A program made the translations under genes and the position numbers. This document shows, in pieces, positions 1-10,307 of a DNA stretch of 64,000 nucleotides. The notes beneath the pieces were generated by a model that saw only the letters and a program-made list of their open reading frames with translations, searched no databases and was not told where the DNA came from. The stretch lies in contig JANRJA010000212.1 in assembly GCA_033764315.1 (NCBI GenBank), positions 14,829-78,828 of the forward strand, read 5' to 3'. The stretch is from Oculatellaceae cyanobacterium bins.114 (lineage in GTDB: Bacteria; Cyanobacteriota; Cyanobacteriia; Elainellales; Elainellaceae). Position 1 is the first letter of the stretch; every line of letters starts with the position of its first letter.

Positions 1-222
1 AATTTGAGTTCATGGTGAGTAGGAAGGAGCTAGGAGGACTGGGCAATGACCCTCAGCATCTACCAAAAGGTAGACTTAAAGGCTCTTTTATAAAAATGCC
101 CAAATCTACGCTCTAATTTCCTAAGTAAAACAACCCCATTGTTGAAGTTTTATATCAACTTTAACGGGTCGGGTTGAGGTTGCAGCCTGAAATCAACCAC
201 CCCTCTTTAAGAGAAGTAGTTA

Positions 223-323
223 TAGCAACCACCGTGTGATTAGGATAGGGTACGAGAGCGAACCTCTCGGATGGGGCGATGCCCCCAATCCCCTCAAATT
301 TGGAGTCCTAAGCCACGGGCCTA
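223..323. mobile_element. Degenerate miniature inverted-repeat element (TAGC...TTAGGA / TCCTAA...CTA type)
   Basis: TA|TAGC left end, inner TTAGGA...TCCTAA inverted repeat, two GC-rich hairpins; same layout as the element at 52094-52196. Confidence 0.55.
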
Positions 324-496
324 TAGCTCAAATGAGCGGCTTATCAGAAACAGAGTATCGATTTGGGCAGAAAAGAGTGACTTGCTGCTGATCTCTTTCT
401 TTCAATTGCCACAGCTCTAAACCCGAACATTCCCAAAAAAATCTCACTAAAAACGGGTTTGTTATGAAATCTTAGGATGATTCAATTTTTTTCCTA

Positions 497-560
497 TAGC
501 GACAGATAGATTAATAAGGACGAGGTGCGGGTGGAAACACAGGCCGACGAACACTGCCGC
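497..560. mobile_element. Left-end fragment of the same miniature element family
   Basis: TA|TAGC followed by AGGAC exactly 20 nt in, as at both ends of 52094-52196, then a GAGGTGCGGGTGGAAAC core-like start. No right end seen. Confidence 0.4.
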
Positions 561-605
561 AAATTTAAGATCGCTTTATGAACTCGTTTAAGTGGACTCG
601 TCTAA

Positions 606-985
606 TGGAGCTGACGGGAGTCGAACCCGTGTCCGCCCTGGGTATTAGTACTTCATTCGTTCACAGGTTTAGCTTTTCTAATCCTCAAAGCGGGAACCGC
701 CCCTTATCCCGGACGGTGGGATTCTCTAGTAATTTCTTAGCCAAGGTATGACTAGAGGCATACTATTGGAGCATCCGTTGAGTTTTGTCCACAGTCCTTA
801 ACGGAGTCAAACCGTAGACGCTCGAACCTATAAGAGGTGTTTAGGCAATAGCTACTGCCTTACGAGCAAAAGGAACGATGTTGTTTGCATCTATTCTTTT
901 GAGCCCTTGATTTTCGAGAGACGACTCACTCTCGACCTGCATCACAAAGTAGTGTTCGCCAAAACGTCGAAACCGTTACAGCCCC
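606..985 (-). ncRNA. ssrA: tmRNA (one-piece); CCA not genome-encoded
   Basis: Minus strand starts GGGGCTGTAACGGTTTCGAC and ends GGGTTCGACTCCCGTCAGCTCCA (Ala-type acceptor stem plus T-arm). Internal tag frame 888..841 encodes ANNIVPFARKAVAIA*. Confidence 0.98.
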
Positions 986-1016
986 TCGTTTGAACTTAAC
1001 TTGACTTAGTCAGACC

Positions 1017-1022
1017 ATTATA
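1017..1022 (-). promoter_or_regulatory. Probable -10 box (TATAAT) of ssrA
   Basis: Perfect TATAAT on the minus strand about 30 nt upstream of the mature tmRNA 5' end. Confidence 0.6.
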
Positions 1023-1161
1023 GCGAATTTAAATGAGTATTAAAGTTAAGCGTTTTAAGGCGTTTTAGCAAAGCTCGGCTTAGAAGTAGCACTTTTAGCC
1101 TAGATTTTTGTCATCGCCTATTACTCGCCTATTACTAACAGTTTGACAAGGTTGAACTCTA

Positions 1162-1226
1162 TAGCCGTCCTGAATCATTTGTGAGATTAGGGAGTTGTAA
1201 GAGGCGCAACCCATTTGGGATTGCTA
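1162..1226. mobile_element. Miniature element, internally deleted relative of 27551-27639
   Basis: TA|TAGC...CAACCCATTTGGGATTGCTA|TA. The right end is identical to the 27.6 kb copy and the central hairpin arm is missing. Confidence 0.7.
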
Positions 1227-1849
1227 TATGTAGGTTTTATATAGGTTTTTGCAACTGGTTGAGAGTCAGTCGTGATGGCAAGCATCGATTGGCAAAATTT
1301 TATGCTATTTGTTAGGACAAGATGAAATTTAGCCAAAATTACAGACACAACCCAGTCAGTAGTGTTAGAACTCAAGCTAATTCATCGACTTCTACGGAAA
1401 ATACGGAGATATATAGAATAATGTCGTTATTATTTTTTCTCCTACCTCAGTAAGAATATCTAAGGCAATTGATATAGATTGGCTCCGGTCAGTTTTACCG
1501 CTCAGAACCAACAAGGGTGCCGGCAATGCCTGTACTAAACCCAATCTTTGCAGCAATCCTTTCAGCAGATCAGCCAACCGCATCAACATAAGTGGTTTTT
1601 CACACTGAACCTCATCTTATAGAGCGAGTCCTCCTTTAGGGAAGCTATCAAGCATCACCCGCTTAGAGGTAGATCCCTCCATCAGTGAGCTAAATTGTCG
1701 TAACCATCCGGATGGCGATCGCCAATTGAAGGTAATGAAACAGGTAGCACACTTGATCACACGGTCAAACCTCTACCTAGTTTTTCCTAACTTTTAGGGT
1801 GAATTTAACTGCGTAATCAACCCGACTAACTCGCTAAACCGAGGTCAAG

Positions 1850-3631
1850 ATGGCTGGTGGAATCTATCCTTCTTCCGGAAGACGCGCAAACGCATCTTTG
1901 ATGCAAAACGCGGTGAGTCGAGATCACTTAACTCGACGAGCACTAATTTTTATGTTTGTTGTGACGGCGTTTATGAGCGCCCACCTATTTCGTTTGACAC
2001 AATTGCAGTTAGTCGAAGGAGCCTATAACCGACAACGGGCTGAGCAAAACCGAGTTCGTTTAGTGCCAATTCCTGCGGATCGGGGCAACATCACCGATCG
2101 CCACGGCAGATTATTAGCATCCAATCAGTTATCGCGTGCCGTTTATCTCTGGCCTCGTCAACAAACCCCGACCCAGTGGCAAACAACTGCTGCTCAGCTA
2201 GAGACTGTTTTACAAATTCCAGCGGCTGAGATTATGGCACGGTTAGAGCAAGCCGGATATGACTCGCCCTTACCCGTTCGGATTAGCCAACAACTGAGTC
2301 CGACTGCGTTTGTTGCCTTAGCTGAGAAATCTGCTCAACTTCCAGGAGTAGAAATTGTTGCCGGATCAGTGCGCTATTATCCGCATGGCAGTTTGGCGTC
2401 TCATGTGCTGGGCTATATCGGTGAGGCAACTGAGGCAGATATGGCTGCTAATCCAGCTTATCCTAATGGCATGATTGTGGGTCAGATGGGTATTGAGCGC
2501 ATCGCCAATGCTCAGCTAGAAGGAGTTTGGGGAAGTCGGTTAGTAGAGGTTGATGCTCGAGGAAAAGAGTCTCGCATTTTGGGAGCCAATCCAGCAGTAG
2601 GCGGCAATCCCATTCAACTAACCCTGGATCTAGAGCTGCAAAAAGCAGCAGAACGAGCTTTAAATAATCGTCAGGGGGCTGTTGTCGCGCTGGATGTTAA
2701 GACAGGGGCTGTTTTGGTTTTAGCCAGTGGCCCCAATTTTAATCCCAGCATTTTTACTCGGCGGGTCACTCAAGCAGAATGGCAAGGCTTGCAAGAAGGT
2801 AGTCAACCTTTTCTCAATCGAGCCTTGCAGACCTATCCTCCGGGTAGCACTTTTAAGATTGTGACAGCAACAGCAGGAATGGAATCCGGAAAGATTTCTC
2901 CCAATTCCACGCTAAATACCTCTGCTTTCATCAGTTTGGGAGGTATTAAGTTTTGGGAGCATGGCAATCACGGATATGGAGCGATTGGCTTTCGCAAAGC
3001 TTTGGCGGTTAGTAGCAATACCTTCTTTTATCAGGTGGGTTTGCGAGCAGGACCTGAGGCGATCGCCAAATGGGGGCATGTTTTGGGAATTGGTACCACG
3101 TCTAATATGGGGTTAGAAGGCGGCACTCATGGGTTATTGCCCACTCCAGAAGATAAAGAAAAACTGTATGGAGAACCCTGGTATGGCGGAGACACCGTCA
3201 GTATGTCGATTGGTCAGGGGGTAGTACAGGTAACTCCTTTAGAACTGGCAGTAATGGTTTCTACCATTGCCAATGGCGGTCGGCGCGTTCACCCACACTT
3301 ACTGACCAGTGAGACGACGATGCCTGCTATGCAACCAGAGGCAACCGGAATCAAACCTGAAACAATCAATGCCATTCGCTCAGGGTTGATTGCTGCCGTC
3401 CAGGAAGGCACGGCTCGTCGCCTAAATGATGGCTCTATTCCCCTGACCGCCGGTAAAACGGGCACCGCCGAGGTGGTAGGACGCCAGCCCCATGCTTTGT
3501 TTGTGGGATATGGCCCGGTTAGTGATCCTCAAATTGCGATCGCCGTTATTGTAGAGAATGGAGGCTACGGTGGGGTGGCAGCGTTACCAGTTGCTCATGA
3601 AATTTATAAAGCTTTCTTCGATCGCCAATAA
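1850..3631 (+). CDS. mrdA: Penicillin-binding protein 2 (class B PBP)
   Basis: N-terminal TM, PBP dimerisation region (RG-I-DR, RYYP), SxxK (STFK), SxN (SSN) and KTGT motifs. Confidence 0.9.
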   Translation: MAGGIYPSSGRRANASLMQNAVSRDHLTRRALIFMFVVTAFMSAHLFRLTQLQLVEGAYNRQRAEQNRVRLVPIPADRGNITDRHGRLLASNQLSRAVYLWPRQQTPTQWQTTAAQLETVLQIPAAEIMARLEQAGYDSPLPVRISQQLSPTAFVALAEKSAQLPGVEIVAGSVRYYPHGSLASHVLGYIGEATEADMAANPAYPNGMIVGQMGIERIANAQLEGVWGSRLVEVDARGKESRILGANPAVGGNPIQLTLDLELQKAAERALNNRQGAVVALDVKTGAVLVLASGPNFNPSIFTRRVTQAEWQGLQEGSQPFLNRALQTYPPGSTFKIVTATAGMESGKISPNSTLNTSAFISLGGIKFWEHGNHGYGAIGFRKALAVSSNTFFYQVGLRAGPEAIAKWGHVLGIGTTSNMGLEGGTHGLLPTPEDKEKLYGEPWYGGDTVSMSIGQGVVQVTPLELAVMVSTIANGGRRVHPHLLTSETTMPAMQPEATGIKPETINAIRSGLIAAVQEGTARRLNDGSIPLTAGKTGTAEVVGRQPHALFVGYGPVSDPQIAIAVIVENGGYGGVAALPVAHEIYKAFFDRQ

Positions 3632-3637
3632 CAGGTT

Positions 3638-4072
3638 ATGAGAATTGTCCAGGTTTTGAAACTCTGTTTTGTGTTGCTAGTGGTGATAGGGGCGATCGCT
3701 TGTAGTCCTCCTGCGGTTACGAGTCCTTCGGCGGCTCCATCTACTTTCCCCAGTTCCAGTGCTACCTTACCCCGTGCTACTCCCTCTACTGCACCAGAGA
3801 CAGGTGTAACCACCCCTTCTGAGACCTGGATTGAGACTGTTCAAACATCATTGGCTCAAACCCTGGCAATATCACCTAATCAAATTCAACTTAAAGAAGT
3901 TACTCCAAGCGAATGGAATGATGCCTGTCTAGGATTACCCCAACCTGACGAGTTATGCGCTCAGGTGATCACTCCAGGCTATCAGGCCACCTTTAGCACT
4001 CCTCAAGGAGATTATTTCATTCACAGCGATCGCACAGGTCAATCGGTTCGTATAGCAGAGCCATCACCTTAA
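3638..4072 (+). CDS. Putative lipoprotein with Pro/Ser/Thr linker and small Cys-containing domain
   Basis: Lipobox AIAC after a hydrophobic stretch; W-x-D-x-CLG...CAQVITPGY motif; starts 6 nt after mrdA. Confidence 0.75.
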   Translation: MRIVQVLKLCFVLLVVIGAIACSPPAVTSPSAAPSTFPSSSATLPRATPSTAPETGVTTPSETWIETVQTSLAQTLAISPNQIQLKEVTPSEWNDACLGLPQPDELCAQVITPGYQATFSTPQGDYFIHSDRTGQSVRIAEPSP

Positions 4073-4084
4073 ATGGCGTTGACT

Positions 4085-4630
4085 CTAGCTCGTCACGGGA
4101 TGGTCAACACTGAGAGAACTTTGACTCACCTTTGAAGCATCTGATAACGCATTACCAGGTTGAATGATCAACACCGCACAACAAGCGTGATGCAATACAT
4201 AGTTGCTAACACTACCCAACAGCACCTCAGTTAGCCCTCGACGACCTCGTCGCCCCAAAACGATCAAGTCTGCTTCCCACTGCTGAGCCGTTTGACAAAG
4301 CCCCTGTCCAGCATCGGCAACTCGATAGCTAGACTCCGCAGCAACCCCTTGTTGGGCTGCGGTTTCGCAGTAACGGCGCAACAAAGCTTGAATCTCTTGA
4401 ACCTGATTCTCTAGATAAATCTGTTGCGCCTGATAAGCCTGATTAACAATGCGCGGCAGCAACCCCAGTTCTCCAGAAAAGGGACTGCTTCCCGTAATCG
4501 TCTCTTCTGAAATACAGTGAAACAGCATTAACCTGGCATGATTTGTTTTGGCAAGGTCAAGGGCTTGCGCAAACACTTCTTGACTTAAAGGAGAATAATC
4601 AATCGCCGCCAGAATCTTGCTAAATCCCAT
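4085..4630 (-). CDS. Universal stress protein
   Basis: KILAAID N-terminus and DLIVLGRRG...LLGSVSNYVLHHA USP motif. Confidence 0.92.
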   Translation of the reverse strand: MGFSKILAAIDYSPLSQEVFAQALDLAKTNHARLMLFHCISEETITGSSPFSGELGLLPRIVNQAYQAQQIYLENQVQEIQALLRRYCETAAQQGVAAESSYRVADAGQGLCQTAQQWEADLIVLGRRGRRGLTEVLLGSVSNYVLHHACCAVLIIQPGNALSDASKVSQSSLSVDHPVTS

Positions 4631-5289
4631 GACTTTCCCCTTTGTTTTTGCTCAGCGTTTCACGTCCTTCATCCATCAAACTAGCGCAATTCTTTTTTGA
4701 TGGTTCGTTTTGCAATACAGCTTTAAAGTAAGCACCCAATTTAAACCAGTCGCTCCTGAGTTTTTCACCGTTGTCAAGTTGCGTACCACCATTCAACGAG
4801 TCATCCAGCAGTCGAGCACAAAGCGGTGTTACTCACCAACCCTTGCTGAAACCATGACTGAATTATAAAAACCTGCCCTGATTCATATTCTTCAAAAACT
4901 TTTCAAAAATCGATTTGTGCACAAGATTCTTGTAAGAGATTCGCTGCCGTGCATTAACACCGACTATTGACGATTTGCCACACGGCGTTCAGTGTCAGCA
5001 AAATTGTGTCTATTGAATAACAACAAAACGTAAAGACCAGATCACGAACTGCTTGACAGAGGTTAATATTCAATTAGATTTATGAGTTACTGGTTTAACC
5101 AGGCTGTTGCGTTGGCTATTGATCAGGGGCAGTGACCAGGCAATTTTCCTTTAATTTAAGATTCATTAAGGGTTTTTGCTAATACCAGTGCTGGATGTGA
5201 ACCATCTGTTTCATCTCATCTCACCAACTTGATGCTGAACTGGTTGAGAGAGTCTGTCACGTTCCTAAAACGATCTGCTTAAACAATCT

Positions 5290-5727
5290 ATGAGTAAATC
5301 CCTCACCGACCTTGATCTGCCTCTAGTATCGGATGTAAACGATAGCGTTGCCTGGTACAACCAGGGCGAAGCGTTGGCTAATGCAGGTAGATACATTGAT
5401 GCTCTATCTTGCTTTGAGAAGGTGTTGGAAATTCGCCCTGACTACGCAGCAGCTTGGATATTTCGCGGAGTTGTTCTGATTCATTTAGAGCGGTACAACG
5501 AAGCCCTTGATAGTTGTGAACAAGCATTGTCCCTTCAACCCAAAGATTCTGAAGCCTGGACCTTTCGGGGTGTCGCCTTACACCGCTTGGGTCACTATCG
5601 GGCTGCCTATGCTAGCTATGATCGAGCCTTGGGCATTAAGCGACAACCGGTGTGGCAGAGCTTGATGCAACGGTTGAGAAGGGCTTGGAAGTCACTCAAA
5701 AATTCTCAGGCTCATTGGTTGTCCTAA
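5290..5727 (+). CDS. Tetratricopeptide repeat protein
   Basis: Three TPR units (AW...G..L...GRY..AL..F..AL...P). Confidence 0.88.
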   Translation: MSKSLTDLDLPLVSDVNDSVAWYNQGEALANAGRYIDALSCFEKVLEIRPDYAAAWIFRGVVLIHLERYNEALDSCEQALSLQPKDSEAWTFRGVALHRLGHYRAAYASYDRALGIKRQPVWQSLMQRLRRAWKSLKNSQAHWLS

Positions 5728-5778
5728 GATATTTGTCCTAAGGTGCTTGTCCTAAATTACTCGTCCTAAGATATTTGT
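5719..5778. repeat. 14-bp tandem repeat, about 4 copies, overlapping the TPR gene stop
   Basis: TTGTCCTAAGATAT TTGTCCTAAGGTGC TTGTCCTAAATTAC TCGTCCTAAGATAT TTGT. Confidence 0.85.
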
Positions 5779-5951
5779 GACCTTAAGCCGCTTTTTTTGC
5801 TAAGGGAAGATTTTGAAGCAGGCGATCGCTTTACCATTGCTCTACATCTATAAAGATTGCGTAGAGGGTTTGCTGTTTCAGCTTTGCACTTCAGCCTAAA
5901 GTGGCGGAAATGATAGTTAATATGGTTAGAGTTGCTGTTATTGATGCTTAG

Positions 5952-7964
5952 ATGGCAACCCTTAAACTGGGCAGTTTATTAGATAGACGCTACCGAGTCG
6001 TTCAAACCTTGGCAAAGGGGGGGTTTGGGCAAACTTACATTGCCGAAGATACCCGTCGTCCTGGCAACCCTCGTTGTGTTGTCAAACATCTGAGACCCGC
6101 TAGTAACGATTCTAAATTTCTCGAAAACGCCAGACGTCTGTTTTCAACCGAGGCAGAGATTTTAGAGAAGTTAGGCACACACGACCAAATTCCTCGCCTC
6201 TTAGCCTATTTTGAGGAAGAGCAAGAGTTTTATCTGGTTCAAGATTTAATTGAAGGGCATACCCTCACCCATGAGCTACACATGGGCTATCGCTGGTCTG
6301 AAGCTCAAGTCTGTCAATTACTTCAAGATGTCTTAAACGTCTTGGCTTTTGTTCACCATCATGGGGTCATTCACCGTGATATCAAACCTGAAAATTTGAT
6401 TCGACGACAGCCAGACAACAAGCTTATATTGGTCGATTTTGGCACGGTTAAGCAGGTTCGGATTCAGCAAGTCACATCAGGACAGGCAAATTTGACGATT
6501 GCTGTGGGTACACCGGGGTATATGCCAACGGAGCAAAATCACGGTAAACCTCGTCCCAATAGTGATCTTTATGCCTTAGGCATTATTGGTTTACAGGCTG
6601 CTACTGGGTTGCTGCCAGGACAATTGCAAGACGATGTCGATACTGGAGAATTGGTCTGGCAACCGTGGGCACAGCAAATCAGAGGCGATTTAGCGGCCAT
6701 TCTTGATCGCTTAGTGCGATATCACTTTAAGGATCGCTATCAGTCTGCTGTCGAGGTGCTGCAAGCAATGGATGAGCTGTTTACCCAGCATCCTGATCTG
6801 TTAGCTGCGGTAGAGTCGCAGCCTCCGCCAGATATTGCCTCAATGAAGGCCGCCACAAAATCTGGTGGGTTCAGCCATCCGCCATCTCCAATTCATTCGG
6901 TGCCCGCTACTTCTGCGACTGGCCCGCTCATCGTCACTGGGTTAGTTAACCCATCAGAAACGTCGATTACATCAGTTACCACGCCATCGGCCACCAATGA
7001 GTCTTCACGAAAAGTGGTTGTGACTCAGATGGAAAATGTATCTGTTGATTTGCCAATCACGACGCTGTCTGAGCAACCCAAATCTGGCACACCCCAGGTC
7101 GAGTCAGAACCCACTACTCTCAAACAACCTCCTGCTTCAGTGCCGTCTCAAGGCGAGCTTGACTCATCGATTCCTTCAGGTCAACCTGAAACAGCCTCTC
7201 AAGAGCGATCGCCTCTACCCTCTCAATCTGCGATCGCCCCCCCTTCTCAACCTCCCAAAAGCGTATCGGTCAAACCTCTAATCACGGCCCCTCCAATCAC
7301 TAAAATCGATGCTCCACAGCCCCGCTTAACTCAGCTAAGGGCAGCATTACCGCTCTCTCGCATTACAACTCAACCCACTTGGATGGGGATTGGAGCCACT
7401 GTTTTGGCTCTACTGATTGGCATCCCAACGCTGTTAAAAGTTCTCCCGATGTGGCACTCTCCATTGTCACCAGTCGCTGGGTTTAGAACCGTCTTTACCC
7501 CGGCTCAACAGTCCTTATCAAAGGTACTGTTGACGAACTTACCGTGTCAGGCTTTGCAACCCAAAACTCAACTGACCAACCCTCTGACCTATCCCGATGG
7601 AACCCAATACTTTGGTGTGTTGAAGGATGGTTTACCTAACGATCCAAGAGGAGCATTGCTCTTTCGAGATGGGGGGCGATATGACGGAGAACTGCAAAAT
7701 GGCAAATTTAACGGTTGTGGTCAATATACCTATCCCACCAATGTCAGCTACAGCTATTACATTGGACAATTTCAAAATAACGCTTTTAATGGATTAGGAA
7801 CCCTCTCCTTTGCTGGGGGCGATCGCTACATTGGCGAGTTTCGCAATGGCAAATGTCACGGGCAGGGAACTTTTATCTCCGCAAACGGGGCTTTTAGGAG
7901 AAGCAATTGGCAAGACGGAAATTCGGTTGACGGAGACAGCACCTTGAGCTGTATTCGCCGCTAG
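5952..7964 (+). CDS. Hanks-type Ser/Thr protein kinase with Pro/Ser-rich linker, TM helix and C-terminal MORN repeats
   Basis: GGFG, VVK, HRDIKPEN, DFG and GTPGYM motifs; TM WMGIGATVLALLIGIP; Y-x-G-x-F-x-NG..G-x-G repeats. Confidence 0.93.
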   Translation: MATLKLGSLLDRRYRVVQTLAKGGFGQTYIAEDTRRPGNPRCVVKHLRPASNDSKFLENARRLFSTEAEILEKLGTHDQIPRLLAYFEEEQEFYLVQDLIEGHTLTHELHMGYRWSEAQVCQLLQDVLNVLAFVHHHGVIHRDIKPENLIRRQPDNKLILVDFGTVKQVRIQQVTSGQANLTIAVGTPGYMPTEQNHGKPRPNSDLYALGIIGLQAATGLLPGQLQDDVDTGELVWQPWAQQIRGDLAAILDRLVRYHFKDRYQSAVEVLQAMDELFTQHPDLLAAVESQPPPDIASMKAATKSGGFSHPPSPIHSVPATSATGPLIVTGLVNPSETSITSVTTPSATNESSRKVVVTQMENVSVDLPITTLSEQPKSGTPQVESEPTTLKQPPASVPSQGELDSSIPSGQPETASQERSPLPSQSAIAPPSQPPKSVSVKPLITAPPITKIDAPQPRLTQLRAALPLSRITTQPTWMGIGATVLALLIGIPTLLKVLPMWHSPLSPVAGFRTVFTPAQQSLSKVLLTNLPCQALQPKTQLTNPLTYPDGTQYFGVLKDGLPNDPRGALLFRDGGRYDGELQNGKFNGCGQYTYPTNVSYSYYIGQFQNNAFNGLGTLSFAGGDRYIGEFRNGKCHGQGTFISANGAFRRSNWQDGNSVDGDSTLSCIRR

Positions 7965-8205
7965 TGCTCTTCATGCCGTTGTCATGGAACTATATCTCTA
8001 GTAACACAGCTCTTGAGATATTTTCAGATATTGTTTAGAGAATGATTTTTACTGGGGTAGCGATAGCAAGGGCAGGATGACAAGAGGAGGGGAGGGCGCG
8101 AAATTTCCATGCTCCCGTCATTCCCTTATTTCTCGATGATGCTTCATCCTTGCCCCAATAGGACTACCCTCACCCGATCCTTACCTTGTGAAGAATGAGC
8201 GAGAC

Positions 8206-8667
8206 ATGAACAAAGAATTGCTTCAAACTGTGAGTGGTGCTTTCGTTACAGCTGCCGCTGTGTTTGGCATGGGGCTTGTCATCCTGCCACAATTGACTTG
8301 GAAGATTCAACGGTCGGTCGCACAAACAATTGCTCAAGGAGCCATTCAAACCCCACCGACCACAGCTCCAACGACAGCTCCAACGACGGCTCCAACCCTT
8401 TCTCCCTTTCCATCTCCATCGCCGACGAGCAGCCCAACGGCTCCTAGCCCCTCTCCTAGCAACAGCCCCACGGGAGGGTCAACTCCGTCTTTAACGACCA
8501 CTCCAACCCCATCTCCGGCAGCCAGCCCGAGCACGACTCCTAGCCCTCGCCCTAGTGCGGTGCCCAACACCACTTCTCCGACCCCTCGCGCATCGGCGTC
8601 TCCTAGCCCTCGCCCCAGTGCAGCCCCTAATACAACTCCCAACACTTATCCCCCCGCACGGTGGTAA
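8206..8667 (+). CDS. Pro/Ser/Thr-rich secreted or membrane-anchored hypothetical protein
   Basis: Hydrophobic N-terminus followed by low-complexity PTTA/SPSP repeats; ATG at 8206 preferred over the upstream GTG. Confidence 0.6.
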   Translation: MNKELLQTVSGAFVTAAAVFGMGLVILPQLTWKIQRSVAQTIAQGAIQTPPTTAPTTAPTTAPTLSPFPSPSPTSSPTAPSPSPSNSPTGGSTPSLTTTPTPSPAASPSTTPSPRPSAVPNTTSPTPRASASPSPRPSAAPNTTPNTYPPARW

Positions 8668-8827
8668 TGAGTTGTGCGATCGCCAACCAGCTTGCACTGA
8701 CTCAAAATCTCTCAGGAGTAAGCTCGTGAAATATCCGCATCTCTTTAAAGTATCTGTACTCTCTTAAAACATCTAGACAGGGTGCATCTACCTCAACAAA
8801 TTACGGTCATTCAGTTGCAGGATCTGC

Positions 8828-9430
8828 ATGGGAAGTCGTTGGCAGTTATATCGAGTCTTATCGGTTGGTCTCACAGGGGCGATCGCACTGGTGACGCTTC
8901 CATCTAGTGCGATCGCCCAAGTTGTTTTTGCAGGTTATGTGACTACCCCTCAGATCAATCCGCCAACTCCCATACTTGAGCCACGTTTACCTGCGCTTGA
9001 GGTGCCCCCATTACAGCCTGAACTGCCCAACCCCTCTCAATATCAGGTGCGCCTTCTCTTACGATTGGGTGAACGTCGTGTTTATGTCTACCGTGGCAAC
9101 GAAGCACAAGTGAGCTATCCCGTTGCTGTAGGTAGAGAAGGATGGGAAACCCCTACAGGCAACTTTCAAGTGTTAGAGATGGTTCGCAATCCCGGTTGGA
9201 CTCATCCCTTGACACGAGAGCTAGTACCTCCCGGGCCTACCAATCCTCTAGGCGAACGGTGGATTGCCTTTTGGACAGATGGCACAGATTACATTGGATT
9301 TCATGGCACTCCAAATCGTGAGTCCGTTGGACGTGCCGCCTCCCACGGTTGCATTCGGATGTTGAATGAGCATGTCCGTGAACTCTATGAGATGGTTGCT
9401 CCTGGAACTCAGGTTATTGTTATGCCTTAA
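8828..9430 (+). CDS. L,D-transpeptidase (YkuD family)
   Basis: Signal peptide; YPVAVG, TPTG and IGFHGT...ASHGCIRM catalytic motif. Confidence 0.93.
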   Translation: MGSRWQLYRVLSVGLTGAIALVTLPSSAIAQVVFAGYVTTPQINPPTPILEPRLPALEVPPLQPELPNPSQYQVRLLLRLGERRVYVYRGNEAQVSYPVAVGREGWETPTGNFQVLEMVRNPGWTHPLTRELVPPGPTNPLGERWIAFWTDGTDYIGFHGTPNRESVGRAASHGCIRMLNEHVRELYEMVAPGTQVIVMP

Positions 9431-9492
9431 GAAGGGCTTTACGTCACCCGTTTACAATCCCCCTAGATCAACATTCGCTAGCAACACCGCTC

Positions 9493-10101
9493 ATGATTGA
9501 CCTCTACACATTTACCACTCCCAATGGGCGCAAAGCCTCGGTTATGCTTGAGGAAATTGGGCTACCCTACCAAACCCATGTCATCGACATTCGCAAAAAT
9601 GACCAGTTTACGCCAGAGTTTGTGGCAATTAACCCCAATAGCAAAATTCCGGCGATCGTTGATCAAGAGGCTGGCATCACCGTATTTGAATCGGGGGCGA
9701 TTTTAATTTATTTGGCAGAAAAAACAGGTCAACTGCTGCCTACAGAGACAAAAGCCCGATTTAACGTATTGCAATGGTTAATGTTTCAAATGGGGGGTGT
9801 AGGTCCTATGTTTGGGCAACTCAACCACTTCAAAAAATTTGCCCCAGACCCAATTCCCTATGCCATCAACCGCTATGAAAAAGAAACCTTGCGGCTTTAT
9901 GGGGTGCTCAACCAGCAGTTGCAAGACCACGAATTTATCTGTGGCGATTATTCCATCGCCGATATAGCAACCTATCCCTGGGTAGCCATTTACAACTTCC
10001 AGGGGTTAACCTTAGACGATCATCCCCATCTCAAGCGTTGGGTCGAAACGGTTGCCGCCCGTCCTGCCGTACAACGAGGAATGAGTGTACCAGGGTTGTA
10101 G
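9493..10101 (+). CDS. Glutathione S-transferase family protein (YfcG/Nu-like)
   Basis: TPNG motif, INPNSKIP, FESGAIL, SIADIA. Confidence 0.92.
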   Translation: MIDLYTFTTPNGRKASVMLEEIGLPYQTHVIDIRKNDQFTPEFVAINPNSKIPAIVDQEAGITVFESGAILIYLAEKTGQLLPTETKARFNVLQWLMFQMGGVGPMFGQLNHFKKFAPDPIPYAINRYEKETLRLYGVLNQQLQDHEFICGDYSIADIATYPWVAIYNFQGLTLDDHPHLKRWVETVAARPAVQRGMSVPGL

Positions 10102-10307
10102 AGACAAGAAAAAAAGCATAGGAAGATCACAACCTACCCCTTAGAGGTCTAGCCTCCCGGTTTCTCATCAGCATGATCAAAAGAGTCTGATTTATAGCAC
10201 TAGAAACCAGGGAGCTTGGAAACGTCGCACCTGAGGTTAGAACTGGGGTTAGAAATAGTCGAGTCAAATTTACTCTTCTTTTTTCTATTTTCTTGCTTCT
10301 TTTTTAC

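Noticed and set aside
1..13. Possible start (ATG AAC TCA AAT) of a minus-strand gene leaving the window
   Set aside because: Only four codons are visible, so it cannot be supported.
606..640. tRNA-like T-arm and acceptor stem
   Set aside because: It is the 3' end of tmRNA, not a tRNA.
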